From NCBI RefSeq assembly GCF_030028105.1, contig NC_092388.1, positions 47,436,581 through 47,500,580 on the forward strand: 64,000 bases of DNA. The letters run 5' to 3'. The notes below the pieces were generated by a model. That model ran no database searches, was not told the origin of the DNA, and worked only from the letters and a program-made list of their open reading frames with translations. Origin of the DNA: Mobula birostris. Taxonomy: Eukaryota. Made by a program: the position numbers and the translations under genes. Each line of letters opens with the position of its first letter. The stretch's first letter is position 1. This document shows, piece by piece, positions 50,600-63,406 of this stretch.

Positions 50600-52995
50600 T
50601 GACAGAACGAGTATTGGGGATGCAGTGTTATATGTTTCACTGAGACATTGTTACATGAGCAAATCCCGGATTGCAACGCTACTGTGAATGGGCTTTCAAT
50701 GATACGAGCAGACAGAGTTAATCTACAGTGAGGTAGGAGGAGGGGAGGTGGGCTTGCTGTGCTTGTGAACAACAGATGGTGTAATCCCAGTCACATTTCT
50801 GTGAAAGAACAAATCTGCAGTCTAGACATCAAACTGCTTGCTGTGTTTGTGTCCGATTTACCTACTGCATGAGATTGCGTCCATTTTATCTGCAGCATGA
50901 GTTCAGCCATGCCATTTTTCTCATTATCTACATTCTGCCTTCCCAACACAGTCTGGATGCTGCATGTGCCATCAGACACACTGCCATGGCAATACTCCAG
51001 TCTCAACATCCCAATGCATTCATTGCGGTTTCGGGGAAAGTTCAACCATGTTCCTCCCTCAACAACCCTACCCACCTTCGATCAGTTTGTCAAGTGTCAT
51101 ACAAGAGAAATAAAACACTGGATCTCTCATATGCAAATGTTAAGGATGCATACAGCTTTGCAGCTCTCCCCCCAGTTAGAAGATCAGATCACAACCTGGC
51201 TCACCTCATGTCCTTATATAAGCCCGAAGTACAGCAACAGCTAGCTACCACTAAGATAGTAAAGAAATGGTCTCCAGAGGCCATTGAGGCCTTGAAGGGC
51301 TGCTTTGAGGTTACTGACTGGAATGTGCTTTGTGAACCTTATGGGGAGGACATTAACGGACTTACTGATTGCATCACAGGCTTCATCAACTTCTGCGTGG
51401 ACACTGTACTACCATCAAGGACTGTTCGCTGCTTCCCTAACAACAGACCATGAGTCGCCAGTGATCTAAACACTTTTCTCAACCACAAAAAGAGAGCTTT
51501 TAGATTGGGAGACAGGGAGGAATTGAATCATGTACAGAGGGAGCTAAAGGAGAAGATCCAGGTGGCAAAAGAGGAATACAGGAGAGAGCTGGAGAACAGC
51601 CTTGGACAGAATAGCACACAGGAGGTGTGGAGAGGCATGAAGAGCATCAATTAGCCTAGCTATAGAGCCTCAGAACACAGCCGTGAATGGGCCAATGAGT
51701 TAAACCAATTGTTCAATAGGTTTGACAATTGCTCTCCTGTTCACACACCCCTCAGCACACCAGTCCAGGTGCCGAGGCACCCAATGCTCCCTCAGCACCA
51801 ACACTTCCCTTCCTCCTTCCTCCCCCCTCCAGTTCAACACATGGATGAGCAATACAGGTTACCACTGTCTGCCTCCCCTCCTTGCCCTGCATCCAACCAC
51901 ACCTCCACATACCAACTGCCATTGTCCTGATCTTCACCTCCCCCAGCCCTCACCTTCCATCAACTCCCCAGTCGTCATGGACTCATCTTCACTACCGAAC
52001 AGGTGGGGAAAACTCAGACATGGCAAAGCATTGCGACGAGATGGTGTGAACCCCAAGGTCCTGAAGGAGTGTGCTGAACAGCTGTGTGGAGTTCTCCAGA
52101 GCATTTTCAATCTGAGTCTCAGCCTGGAAAGGGCCCTGACTGTGTGGGAAAACATCAAGTGTGGTCCCGGTACCTAAGAAGGGCCAACTAAAAATCTAGA
52201 ATGACTACCGACCAGTGGCCCTGACCTCAAACATCATGTAGACCCTAGAACACTGTTCCTGGCTCACCTCTGACCCCCTGATCAGATCAGCCCTCAGTCC
52301 CCTGCAGTTTGTCTACCAGGAGCACATTGGAATAGACAGTGCTGTCATCTACCTGCTGGACAGAGCCCACTCCCATTTGGATAAGCAGGGTAGCACTGTG
52401 AGGATCATGTTTTTGATTTCTCAAGAGCCTTAAGAAGAATCAGAGTCACCTCTGCTTCCTGAGGAGACTGAGGTACTTTGGAGTATGCTGACCTCTCCTT
52501 CACATATTCTAACAGTCTGTTGTCACCAGTACAATCTTCCATGCGGTGGTGTGCTGGGGCAATAGCATCAACGCGGGTGATGCCAACAGGCTCAATAAAC
52601 GGATTAGAAAGGCTGGCTCTGTTCTAGGACTCAAACTGGACACACTGCAGGCTGTGGTAGAACAAAGGGCCCTTTGGAAAACCCTGGTAATTCTGGAAAA
52701 TGTTTCTCCCCCTCTGCATGCCCACCTTGACTGAATAGAGAAACACTTTTAGTAATAGACTAAGACAACTGCGCTGTTCCAAAGAGCGCTATATGAGGTC
52801 ATTCTTACCCTCGGCCATTAGACACTATAATGAGTCAACCTATAGCCGGGGAATGATGACCCCTCCTATTAAAATGTTTGAGGTAATGTATTTCTAATTC
52901 TTTCTTACTTCTCTTCTAATATTTGTATATCTGTGCACTTGTAATGCTACTGTGACACCAGAATTTCCTCTGGGATCAATAAAGCATCAATTTAT
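50600..52995 (+). mobile_element. Degenerate Rex1/Babar LINE with internal RT deletion
   Basis: LDLSYANVKDAY, RSDHNL, EVTDWNVLCEPYGEDI; jumps from FDFSRA to KKNQSHLCFLRRLR at ~52430; tail ggatcaataaagcatc. Confidence 0.9.
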
Positions 52996-53740
52996 CTGTC
53001 TACGTGGAGTAATTCTCTGGTTCAGATAATCATTCAGTCATGAAGTCTTTTCCATATACAAAACCTAAGTTTGTCTATGTCTGTACCAGTGACTACTACC
53101 CTCATGTTTTCTCTTCTTCCCCACTATTGTGGCACAACAATTTAGTTAGACTGATGAGTATGGAGTCCACATAAATGTACTGGCTCCTCTTCCTTAAACT
53201 AGATCATTTAATGATCTTGAATGGGAGGAAGTGACAGACAGAAAATGTTTAGCTTGATGTAGCATTCTAAAATGAGGTGGGGTCAGCAGAACACAAAATG
53301 GGTTACAATAAACATAAAACATAAACATAGAACAATACATCTCTGTACAGATCCACTTTTTGATTGTAAACTGCAGTAGTGTATCAAAGTAATTTAGCAA
53401 TAAGGGAGAGTCAAAAACAGGAGAATAGTGAAAGGGCAGCCCAGCTTGACTAGAGATTGATGGCATCAAACCTGCTCTGAATCATAAAGCTGTGGCTTTA
53501 TTTCCCAATCAGAAACTAAAGAATAAAATCCTAGCTGATGCCCTGATGGAGTTAATCCATGCTACCATATCTCCCGATAGGTGGGTTTGGAAGAGAAGGG
53601 GATCGGATGTCCTGACAAAGATTTCATAAATCATTACTAAAATCCAGAATTCTGTTTGTGGAAATTTGCTCTGCATGAATTAGATCAAACACCATGGAAG
53701 TAAACACTTCAGCTGAGACTACCAGCTAACCATTTACACT

Positions 53741-54340
53741 GACACAAGAGATTCTGCAGATGCCGGAAAGCCACAGCAACAAACGCAAAATGCTGAAGCT
53801 GGAACCTTCATCACAAAAGGTGGGCTTTCTCGGTGGCCATCCATTGCTAATTGTCCTTCCCATTACCATTCTGACATGTTCCCATGCTCTCCTCTATGAC
53901 CACAATGAGGCTTCTCTCAGACTGGAGGAGCAACACCTCATATTCAATCTAGGTAGCCCCCAACCTGACAACACGAATATTAACTACTCTAACTTTCAGT
54001 TATTTCCCCCTCCTACGTCCTTCTCTCTTTTTCCATTCCCTATGCTGGTTCCTCTCTTACCCCTTTTCTTCTTATCACTCACCCATCACACCCTGCTGGT
54101 ACCTCTCTTCCTTCCCTTTCTCCCACTTCATTCTCCCTCCCCCTCCCACCTACCTTGTTCCTCACCTGCTCTCAGCTATCATTTACCAGCTTATACTCCT
54201 TCCTCTCCCTCCTACCTTATTATTCTGGCTTCTTCCCCCGTCCCTTCCAGTGCCAATGAAGGTTCTCTGCTTGAAATGGTGACTGTTTATTCCTCTTCAT
54301 AAATGCTGTCTGACCTGCTGAGTTCCTCCAGCATTTTGCG
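53741..54340 (+). mobile_element. Penelope-like 3' fragment with inverted terminal piece
   Basis: LRLEEQHLIFNLGSPQPD..INYSNFQ; terminal sequence in opposite orientations at 53741-53800 and 54300-54340. Confidence 0.8.
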
Positions 54341-54344
54341 ATTA

Positions 54345-54610
54345 TGACCCATTTTTGTTTCCCATTTACACTAATCCTGCATTATTCCCAATCTTATTCT
54401 CCTACTAACTCTCCCCACATCCTACTGCTGGCCTACATCTTCAGGACACTGTACGGTGGCCAGCTGAGATATAGAGAAAACCACGGCTCCTGAAAGAAGC
54501 TCATGTGGTCTCAGAGATGAGGTGCAAACTCCACCCAGACAGAGCCCGAGGTCAGGACTGAACTTATTGCGTTGATGCTGTGCCAATTAGGTGTGCCATT
54601 GTACTGGCTG
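54345..54610 (-). mobile_element. Old V-domain SINE
   Basis: gtgcaaactccacccagacagagcccgaggtcaggactgaac. Confidence 0.7.
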
Positions 54611-56155
54611 CCCCAACCTGTCACCGTCACGTTACCTGCGTTAAAAGTAATCAAATTTTAAAATATATATATCATTAGCTGCATGGTGCTTCAGGACAAT
54701 CTGAAGTCACAAAATACTGCTTGTCAACCACTCGTAATCCTATTTAAATGCAAGTCTTTTCACCAGTGAACTCAACATCTGCTGTAAATTTTCTCTGTCA
54801 CAGCGGCACTTGTTTGCAGCTGTGACTCTTAGCCACTCGTTTGTTTACGATATGAAACAGTGCCTGACACAATAATAATTCATAATGTTGTGAAGTGAAA
54901 AAAGCACCAGTAAAACCAGAAACAAGGATGGGTAGAGTGGGAGGGAATGTATAACTGGGGGTAGGTTGAGGAGCTTGATGGGAGAGACCTGGTAATATGG
55001 GAATATGAAGCAAAGGGAAGCCTTGCCCATTTATATTTCCAGCATATGCTTCTGGAAGGTGGAAACAAAGAGAAAGAAATCAATTTATTAAGATAAATGA
55101 GAACTGTGTCCTTCCGTCTGGAAATTCTGCCTCTACGTGTACCTAGTAAGGCACATGAGAAAACTGTCCTGATAACACTCTGAAATGAAGAACTACAAGC
55201 CTTGCGTCTTGTGACTAATTAGGAATTCAGGGATCTCAGAACTGTACTTAACCCGCGGTTACCAGACAAGGCAAGAGCAATTCTCTCTTTCATAGAATAA
55301 TTGAGGAAGCCGACTGCTTCCTAGATTTTCCAGATAATTAAACTCATAAAGTCTGTGTTTTTTTATCAACTGGCTTTCTGCCTCCAAACCAAAGATCACT
55401 CAATGCTGTTGCAAGCACATATTATAATAAATTATAGTAAACAGACTTTATAAAACACATATATAATTACAATGTTCTCTAATGAGGCCTGCACTTTATC
55501 AATCCCTTCAGGAAGTCTCATTATCCTCTATATTATTCTTCACAAAGAATTTCCTGAAGGTGACCTTTTTATAGCTGTAACCATGGTTACAGGCCTCTTA
55601 TCCACCAGCTAAATGACATATTCTTGTATGGCAAACGTTATTGGTTTAACAAAAAAAAATCACAACTTCTCTTGAGGTCTTGGCTGATTAAATATAAATT
55701 CAAAATAAAATTGCTTTAGAAATTCAAAGTATGTGTTGCTTACTGATTTGACAATCACCTGGTGCTGCTGACAATCACAGCGTATAAAAATACCTTGCAA
55801 AACTTTCAGAAGATGAAATCAATCCTCTTCAAGATCTCCCTGATAAAGGGAACATGTCATTTATCCAGCTGATTTATTCCATGAATGTTAATGCAAGTTC
55901 AATGATTATTTGATGCAAGTGAAAAGATTGCAACCTTTGGTTATTGGGATGGTGATTCATGTTCTAAATTCGTTGCCTTGTTCATATTGTGAATTTATTG
56001 CAAGTGTGAACCTTCACAGACGTCTTAGTGTGAGAATGTACCTGGAGATATCCCACTTACGCATCCCTGTGGTACTCCGATGTAGTGGCTTTGTCAAACT
56101 CATGTTCCTCCTGTTCTGTATTTAATAGTTCAGTAATATTTGAGTAATCTTGTAG

Positions 56156-56192
<37 letters not shown>

Positions 56193-56196
<4 letters not shown>

Positions 56197-56374
56197 CAGT
56201 TGTTAAGTCAAGTCTGACTCTCTGTGACCTCATGGACCATAGGGTCCATAGGGTTTTCATGGCCTTTCTTCCATGCAGATATTGCTGCTGCCCGGGCTGG
56301 GACCCGGCTGGGTTTGAACTCAGGACCATCTGCCTTGAAGACCAGTGCTGATGCCACTACACCACCAGCCAGCC
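56193..56374 (-). mobile_element. tRNA-derived SINE with RTE/BovB-type tail, inside the Gypsy 5' LTR
   Basis: Minus strand box A tggtgtagtgg, box B gagttcaaacc, tail ggtccatgaggtcacagagagtcagacttgacttaacaactgaac; flanked by (TA)n. Confidence 0.85.
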
Positions 56375-58030
56375 CATATATATAGGTTAATTAAGCATTC
56401 TTGTTGATTTAAATAATTCATTACAGATTATAAGTATAAATAAGTGAACTGCATAATCATGCTATCACATGATATGTGCGTGCCTCGCTTAAAGTAAACA
56501 CGAAGTTAGACTCACATTTCAGACTCCTATGTCTTTCTTTGAATTAATTTCATGTTTTCAAGTTACAATGCATAACACTGACGATGAGGTATTTTTAAAA
56601 CGAACTCGAGATGGCTACCGACTTGTTGAAGTGCAGCGAGGAACGGTCGAGTTAAAAAATGCAGCTCAGCACTAATTCTTTGGAAGGAAAGACACAATCA
56701 GTGAGCACCAGGTGTTAATAATCAGGAAAAAAGAACAAAAATAGCTGGCTACATCAGAAAGATTGACTTGTTTGATTACACAACAGATAACTGGATTTTA
56801 TATTCTGAATGGATTGAGCATTATTTTAAAGTCAATGAAATAGCCAATGAGAAACAAGTACCGATTTTGCTGAGTGCATCGGGTTTAAAGACATATAGTT
56901 TTCTTTGAAGTTTGACTGCTCCAAACAAATCAGCAGAAATGAGCTTTGCTGATATTGTGGAACTAATGCAGGATCATTTAGAACCAAAGCTATTGTTGAT
57001 TGCAGAATGCTTTAGATTTCATAGGTGGAATCAAAACGAAGGGGAGTCGATTTCAGCGTACATGGATGAATTGAAGAATGCCCAACCATTGCCAGTCGGT
57101 AATGGGCTTAATGATGTAATAAGAGATAGATTAGTTTACGAATTCTTACAAGAAAGTATTCAAAAGCGGCTCCTAACTGAAGCATAGCTCACATTTAAAA
57201 TAGCAGCTGAAATTGCCCTATCAATGGAAACAGCAGACAGAGACGCCATTGAGTTACAGTCAGGACTGAAAGGGAGCATGAACAAAATTGCTACGTCTAA
57301 ACAGAAACCTGCCTGGCTGAACAAATTGTGTTACCATTGTGGCAGGTGCTCGCATACACCAGACCAATGCAGGTCTAATGAAAAAATTTGCAGAAAATGC
57401 ACCAAAATACAACAGATACAAAGAGCATGTCAGGCAGACAGAAGTAAACGGACTGCACAGGGAAGACTAAAAGCTAAAAAGTCAAGTTGCAGTTTCAAAA
57501 AGAGAACTAATCTGCATGCTGTTGATTTAAAAAAATCTGATAATGGTGAGAGTGAAAAAGGACTGCGCATACTTGAGATTTACTATGTGAAAAATAACAA
57601 TAGACAAGCAGTATGGCACACACCAGGAGTGAATGGCAAATTAATTAAAATGGAATTAGCCACTGGTTCAGCTGATTCAGTCATTCCACAAAATGAGTTT
57701 GAATGGCATTTCAAAAATACCAAACTGAAGCTGGTAATTATCCAACTAAGAGCTCATACTGGAGAAAAGACAACTCTTTTGGGACTGACATTTGTAACAG
57801 TGAAACACAACAACCAATAAGCCACATTGAGCTTGTATGTGGTAAAAACAGGAGGACAAGGACCAACATTGTGGAGGTGTGACTGGCTTGATTGGAGATC
57901 TATCCACTATTTGCATGCCATATCCCCTAAAATAAAGTCAATGGAAAGCAAATTAAGAAAGGTACCGGATGATGCCACATCTGTCTCCATGCCAAACACC
58001 ATGAACCATTGCCCAACAGAAGACGAACAG

Positions 58031-58642
58031 GTGTTAGTGCCAACCTCTGTGCCTTTGGATGGAAAGCTTATTGGACCAAGCAGGACCAGGCTGCTGAGAG
58101 GAATCATGAAAGAGACGAAAGCAGTGATCTGACTACAACAGCTTTTTGTCAGCAGCATATCTGAGAAAGCAGCTGTTATGTTAATCAGGCAGTTACTTGC
58201 AAAATGAGGCCTGGTTTTAAGTTGGAAGAGAGTTCAATAAGCTTCAGGAAAGTTGCAAGCATTCGGCTTTTGTGAGTATAAAGAACCAAATCTACTCTGT
58301 ATGCATTAATATCATTGCATGAACTCCAAGTAATTGTTATAATTGTTATAAGTGCTGTGATTGTTATATGATTATATAAGTGGGAGACTAAAAGCTGCTT
58401 GTAAAAGCAGATGCAAAGACCAAAGCCCAGTTGAATGAACGGAAGACCAAAAAGAAAGGAGTCAATGGAGATATAAAAACAAAGGATTCGTCAGATGATT
58501 TTGTGGATGAGGAAACCAAGAGGAGAGATTAGATCGTAAAGGGAGCAATAGAAGGATTAATAATAGAATACTCCAGTGAACTAAATAGACTTTCCAAAGA
58601 TCAAGATGCACAAACTAGAAGAAGAAAAGGGAAGAAGAAAGG
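58031..58642 (+). pseudogene. RBM25: Processed fragment of RNA-binding motif protein 25 (N-terminal RRM region)
   Basis: With frameshifts reads VLVPT...TTT.FVSSISEKAAVMLIRQLLAK*GLVLSWKRVQ*ASGKLQAFGFCEYKEP.STLYALISLHELQVGD*KLLVKADAKTKAQLNE...DEETKRRD*IVKGAIEGLIIEYSSELN, matching the vertebrate RBM25 sequence as I recall it. Confidence 0.93.
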
Positions 58643-59570
58643 TGGCTACCATCATCAGAACCACTTACTGTGGACTCAGAGTCAACCACCATGGAGGATG
58701 CCCCAGACCCTGAGATTATTTCACAGTAATGTCTCACCTGACAAGCAGAGTGATCCCCCTTGTCAGCAAAGATGTTATCCCACAAGAGTAAGAAATCATC
58801 CACAGCAATTAAGGCCTGAATGGAACAATTTAAAATTTACTATCCTGCGTATGTCTGTATAGTAGTTATATTACATAGTATACAATGTATGTAGTCATAT
58901 ATATAGCTGTACTGTGTGTACAGACTCACATTTTCGATTCCTGTACCTTCCTTTCAATTAGTTTGAATGTTTTGAAGTTATAAAATGTAACACTCCCAAC
59001 CTTGAACACCCAATGTTCAAATGCTGACCATTCCATTTACCAAGAAAGTTCTCCTCCATGATCCTGACTGCAGTATACATACCACCAACGGCCGACTATA
59101 ATCGTGTGCTTCAGATACTGCATGATGCCATCACCAAACAAGAAACAGTCCACCTTGATGCATTTCAAATCATAGTCGGGGATTTCAATCAGGCATGTTT
59201 GAAGAAATCCCTGCCCGATTACCATCAGCATATAGCACCAGAGGTTCGATCACACTAGACCTCTGCTATACTCAGATAAGGAGTATCTACATTCTATGTC
59301 CAGATCGCATTTCAGCAAATCTGATCATTTGGCTGTCTGTCTCCTACCTGCATACAGGCAAAGGCTAAAGAGCAAGGCTCCAGACATTAGGACCACAAAG
59401 AGGTGGTTGCAAGAGACAGAGGAGCGACTATGGGATTGCTTTGAATCAGTGCACTGGGGTGTTCAAGACTCATCTGTAGATTTGAATGAATATACCACGA
59501 CTGTCATGGACTTTATAAAAACAGTCACAGATGAGCGTATCCCCACAAAATCATTCAGTCTTCCGCAACC

Positions 59571-60213
59571 ATTGGAACATTGGCCTTTATTAATCAAAGT
59601 ATTGATTATAAGAGCTGGAATGTTATGATGAGGTTGTATAAGGCATTGGTGAGGCCGAATCTGGAGTATTGTGTTCAGTTTTGGTCACCAAATTACAGGA
59701 AGGATATAAATAAGGTTGAAAGAGTGCAGAGAAGGTTTACAAGGATGTTGCTGGGACTTGAGAATCTCAGTTACGGAGAAAGGTTGAATAGGTTAGGACT
59801 TTATTCCCTGGAGTGTAGAAGAATGAGGGGAGATTTGATAGAGGTATATAAAATTATGATGGGTATAGATAGAGTGAATGCAAGCAGGCTTTTTCCACTG
59901 AGGCAAGGGGAGAAAAAAACCAGAGGACATGGGTTAAGGGTGAAGGGAGAAAAGTTTAAAGGGGACATTAGGGGAGGCTTCTTCACACAGAGAGTGGTGG
60001 GAATGTGGAATGAGCTGCCAGATGAGGTGGCAAATGTGGGTTCTTTTTTAACATTTAAGAATAAATTGGACAGATACATGGATGGGAGGCGTATGGAGGG
60101 ATATGGTCCATGTGCAGGTCAGTGGGACTAGGCAGAAAATGGTTTGGCACAGCCAAGAAGGGCCAAACGGCCTGTTTCTGTGATGTAGCTTTTCTATGGT
60201 TTCTATGGTTTCT
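59571..60213 (+). mobile_element. Young 5'-truncated CR1 LINE, ORF 59580-60131
   Basis: LYKALVRPNLEYCVQFWSP, RMRGDLIEVYKI; (TTTCTATGG)n tail; AACC duplicated on both sides. Confidence 0.95.
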
Positions 60214-60353
60214 AACCAGAGACCCTGGATGAACCATGAGATCCGCAATCTGCTGAGGGTCAGGTCAGAAGCGTTCAAGTCTGGTGACCAAACAAGTAAC
60301 AAGAAGTCCAAGTACGATCTCCAGAAAGCCAGCTCACGGACAAAGTGGCAATT

Positions 60354-61961
60354 AGAAACATAGAAACATCGAAAACCTACAACACAATACAGGCCCTTCA
60401 GCCTACAAAGCTGTGCCGAACGTGTCCTTACCTTAGAAATTACCTAGGGTTACTCAAAGCCTCTATTTTTCTAAGCTCCATGTACCTATCCAGGAGTCTC
60501 TTAAAAGACCCTTTTGTATCCACCTCCACCACCGTCGCCGGCAGCCCATTCCACACATTCACCAATCTCTGCGTAAAGAACTTACATCTGATATCTCCTT
60601 TGTAGCTACTTCCAAGCACCATAAAACTGTGCCCACTTGTGCTAGCCATTTCAGCCCTGGGAAAAAGCCTCTGATTATCTACATGATTAATGCCTCTCAT
60701 CATCTTGTACAACTCTATCGGGTGACTTCTCATCTTCCGTCGCTCCAAGGAGAAAAGGTCAAGTTCACTCAACCTATTCTCATAAGGCATGCTCCCCAAT
60801 CCAGGCAACATCCTTGTAAATCTCCTCTGTACCCTTTCTATGGTTTCCACATCCTTCCTGTAGTGAGGTGACCAGAACTGAGCACAGTACTTCAAGTGGG
60901 GTCTGACCAGGGTCCTATATAGCTGCAACATTACCTCTTGGCTCCTAAACTCAATCCACGATTGATGAAGGCCAATACACTGTATGCCTTCTTAACCACA
61001 GAGTCAACCTGTGCAGCAGCTCTGAGTGTCCTATGGACTCGGACCCCAAGATCCTTCTGACCCTCAATACTGCGAAGAGCCTTACCATTAATACTATATT
61101 CTGCCATCATATTTGACCTACCAAAATGAATCACCTCACACTTATCTGGATTGAACTCCATCTGCCACTTCTCAGCCCAGTTTTTCATCCTGTCAATGTC
61201 CTGCTGTAACCTCTGACAGCTCTCCACACTATCCACAACACCTCCAACCTTTGTATCTTCAGCAAATTTACTAACCCATCCATCCACTTCCTCCCTAGGT
61301 CATTTATAAAAATCACGAAGAGTAAGGGTCCCAGAACAGATCCCTGAGGCACACCACTGGTCACCGACCTCTGTGCAGAATATGACCAGTCTACAACCAC
61401 TCTTTGCCTTCTGTGGGCAAGCCAGTTCTGGATCCACAAAGCAATGTCCCCTTGGATTCCATGCCTCCTTACTTTCTCAATAAGCCTTGCATGGGGTACC
61501 TTATCAAGTGCCTTGCTGAAATCCATGTACACTTCATCTACTGCTCTACTTTCATCAATGTGTTTGGTCACATCCTCAAAAATTCAATCAGGCTCGTGAG
61601 GCACGACCTGCCTTTGACAAAGCCATGCTGACTATTCCTTATCATATTATGCCTCTCCAAGTGTTCATAAATCCTGCCTTTCAGGATCTTTTCCATCAAC
61701 TTACCAACCATTGAAGTAAGACTCACTGGTCTAAAATTTCCTGGGCTATCTCTACTCCTTTTCATGAATAAGGGAACAACATGTGCCACCCTCTAATCCT
61801 CCAGAACCTCTCCCATCCCCACTGATGACGCAAAGATCATCGCCAGTGGCTCAGCAGTCTCCTCCCTCACCTCCCACAGAAGCCTGGGGCTCATCTCATC
61901 CGGTCCCGGTGATTTATCGAGCTTGATGTTTTCCAAAAACTCCAGCACATCCTCTTCCTTT
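60354..61961 (-). mobile_element. 5'-truncated CR1 LINE (RT to tail)
   Basis: RPVSLTS, YMDFSKALDKVPH, GVPQGSVLGPLLF, KFAEDTK, LVRPHLKYC. Confidence 0.95.
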
Positions 61962-63406
61962 ATAAACGTGAATCAATGAAGGATGCTCGACCGTTGTGGC
62001 AGGGTTTGAATGCAATCACCTCTTACAAAGTGAAAACAAGTAACATAGGTGACGACAGGGCTTCACTCCATCAAAGCATGGAGAGATCATCATGAACTCG
62101 CACAGCACCCAGACCCTGTAGTTTCAGTCTCTGAAGCTGACTTGAGAGCATCGTTCGGAAGGTTGAACCCTTGGAAAGCATCCGGCCCAGGAGGGGTACT
62201 TGACCAGGTACTAAAGGCCTGTGCTGCAGTGTTCACTGAGATCTTTAACCTCTCACTTTGGCACTCTAAAGTACCCAACTGCTTCAAGCAGACTTCAGTT
62301 TTATTGGTGCCTAAGAAGAACGTCGCAACTTGGCTCAATAACTATTGTCCAGTAGCACTTACATCCACTGTGATAAGGTACTTTGTAAAGTTGGTAATGA
62401 AACTTCCTGCCTGAGAAGTGGCTTGGATCTGCTCCGATTTCCAACGGATCCACTCCACTGGCAGAAGAAGTCCACAGCAGATGCCATTTCATTGGCTCAC
62501 CACTCTACCCTGGAACATCTGGATAGCAAACATGCATACATCAGAATGCTCTGTATCGATTACGGCACGCCGTTCACTACTATCATCCCCTCAAAGCTAA
62601 TCAATAATCTCCAAGACTTTGGCCTCAATACCTCCTTGTGCAACTGGATCCTCGATTTCCTCACTTGCAGACCCCAGTCCGTTCGGATTGGCAACAACAC
62701 CTCCTTCACAATCTCCATCAGCACAAATGTACCACAAGGGTGTGTGCTTAGTCCCTGCTCTACTCTCTTTATACTCATGTCTGTGCGGCTCAGAGCTCCA
62801 ATTCCATATTACGTCTGCTGATGGCACCACTGTTCCTAGCTAAGTCAAAGGTGGTGATGAATCGACACATAGAAGTGAGATTGAAAACTGAGTGAACGAT
62901 GCCACAATGACAGTAACCTCTCACTCAACATCAACAAAACTAAAGAGCTGATTATTGACTAAAGTGGAGGAAACCGGAGATCCATGAGCCAGTTCACACC
63001 AGGAGATCAAAAGCGGAGAGGGTCAGTAACTTTAAATTGCTTGCTGTTATTATATCAGGGGGTCTGACTTAGGCCAGTACATTAGTGCTAACACTAAAAG
63101 GCGTGCCAGCGCCTCCTCTTTCTCCAAAGTTTGTGAGGATTTGGCATGCCATCTAAAACTTAGGCAAGCTTCTATGGATGCACAGGGGAAAGTATCCTTA
63201 CTGGGTGCACGGTGGCCTGGTATGGAAACACCAATGCCCAAGAACAGAAAACTCACAAAAACTGGTGGACATCATCCAGCCCATCACAGGCAAAGCCCTC
63301 CCCACCACCGAGCACCTCTACAAGGAGTGCTGCACAAGAAAACGGCAAGCCGTGCTACAGGTGTGTATGCTTTGTCAAATATTTAAAGGAAATGATGCAG
63401 ATAATA

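Larger units (their letters stand above)
56112..58992 (+). mobile_element. Non-autonomous Gypsy LTR retrotransposon carrying a captured RBM25 fragment
   Basis: 5' LTR TGTT..AACA 56112-56577; PBS-like ctgacgatgagg; gag ~56741-57550 (FRFHRWNQNEGESISAY, knuckle CYHCGRCSHTPDQC); protease MELATGSADSVIP; integrase-tail-like RCYPTRVRNHPQQL ~58770; partial 3' LTR 58921-58992 matching 56507-56577; CTCC on both flanks. Confidence 0.92.
56060..63350 (+). mobile_element. Degenerate Rex1/Babar LINE hosting three insertions (pieces 56060-56111, 58993-59570, 60214-60353, ~61962-63350)
   Basis: Reading continues across the inserts: ALSNSCS|PNLEH, AVYIPP, VGDFNQ, KSDHLAV, N|[23 protein letters not shown]; same subfamily as 6525-9710. 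Confidence 0.88.

Noticed and set aside
53760-54302. 180-aa hydrophobic ORF as a membrane protein
   Set aside because: Read-through of the Penelope endonuclease end into its pyrimidine-rich terminal region.
58330-58380. GT..AG-bounded insert as a real intron of RBM25
   Set aside because: Splicing at GT-AG removes one base too many and shifts the frame; it is very short and has no pyrimidine tract.
58031-58642. Functional RBM25 exon(s) of the host gene
   Set aside because: Four in-frame stops, frameshifts, no introns, and embedded between Gypsy sequences.
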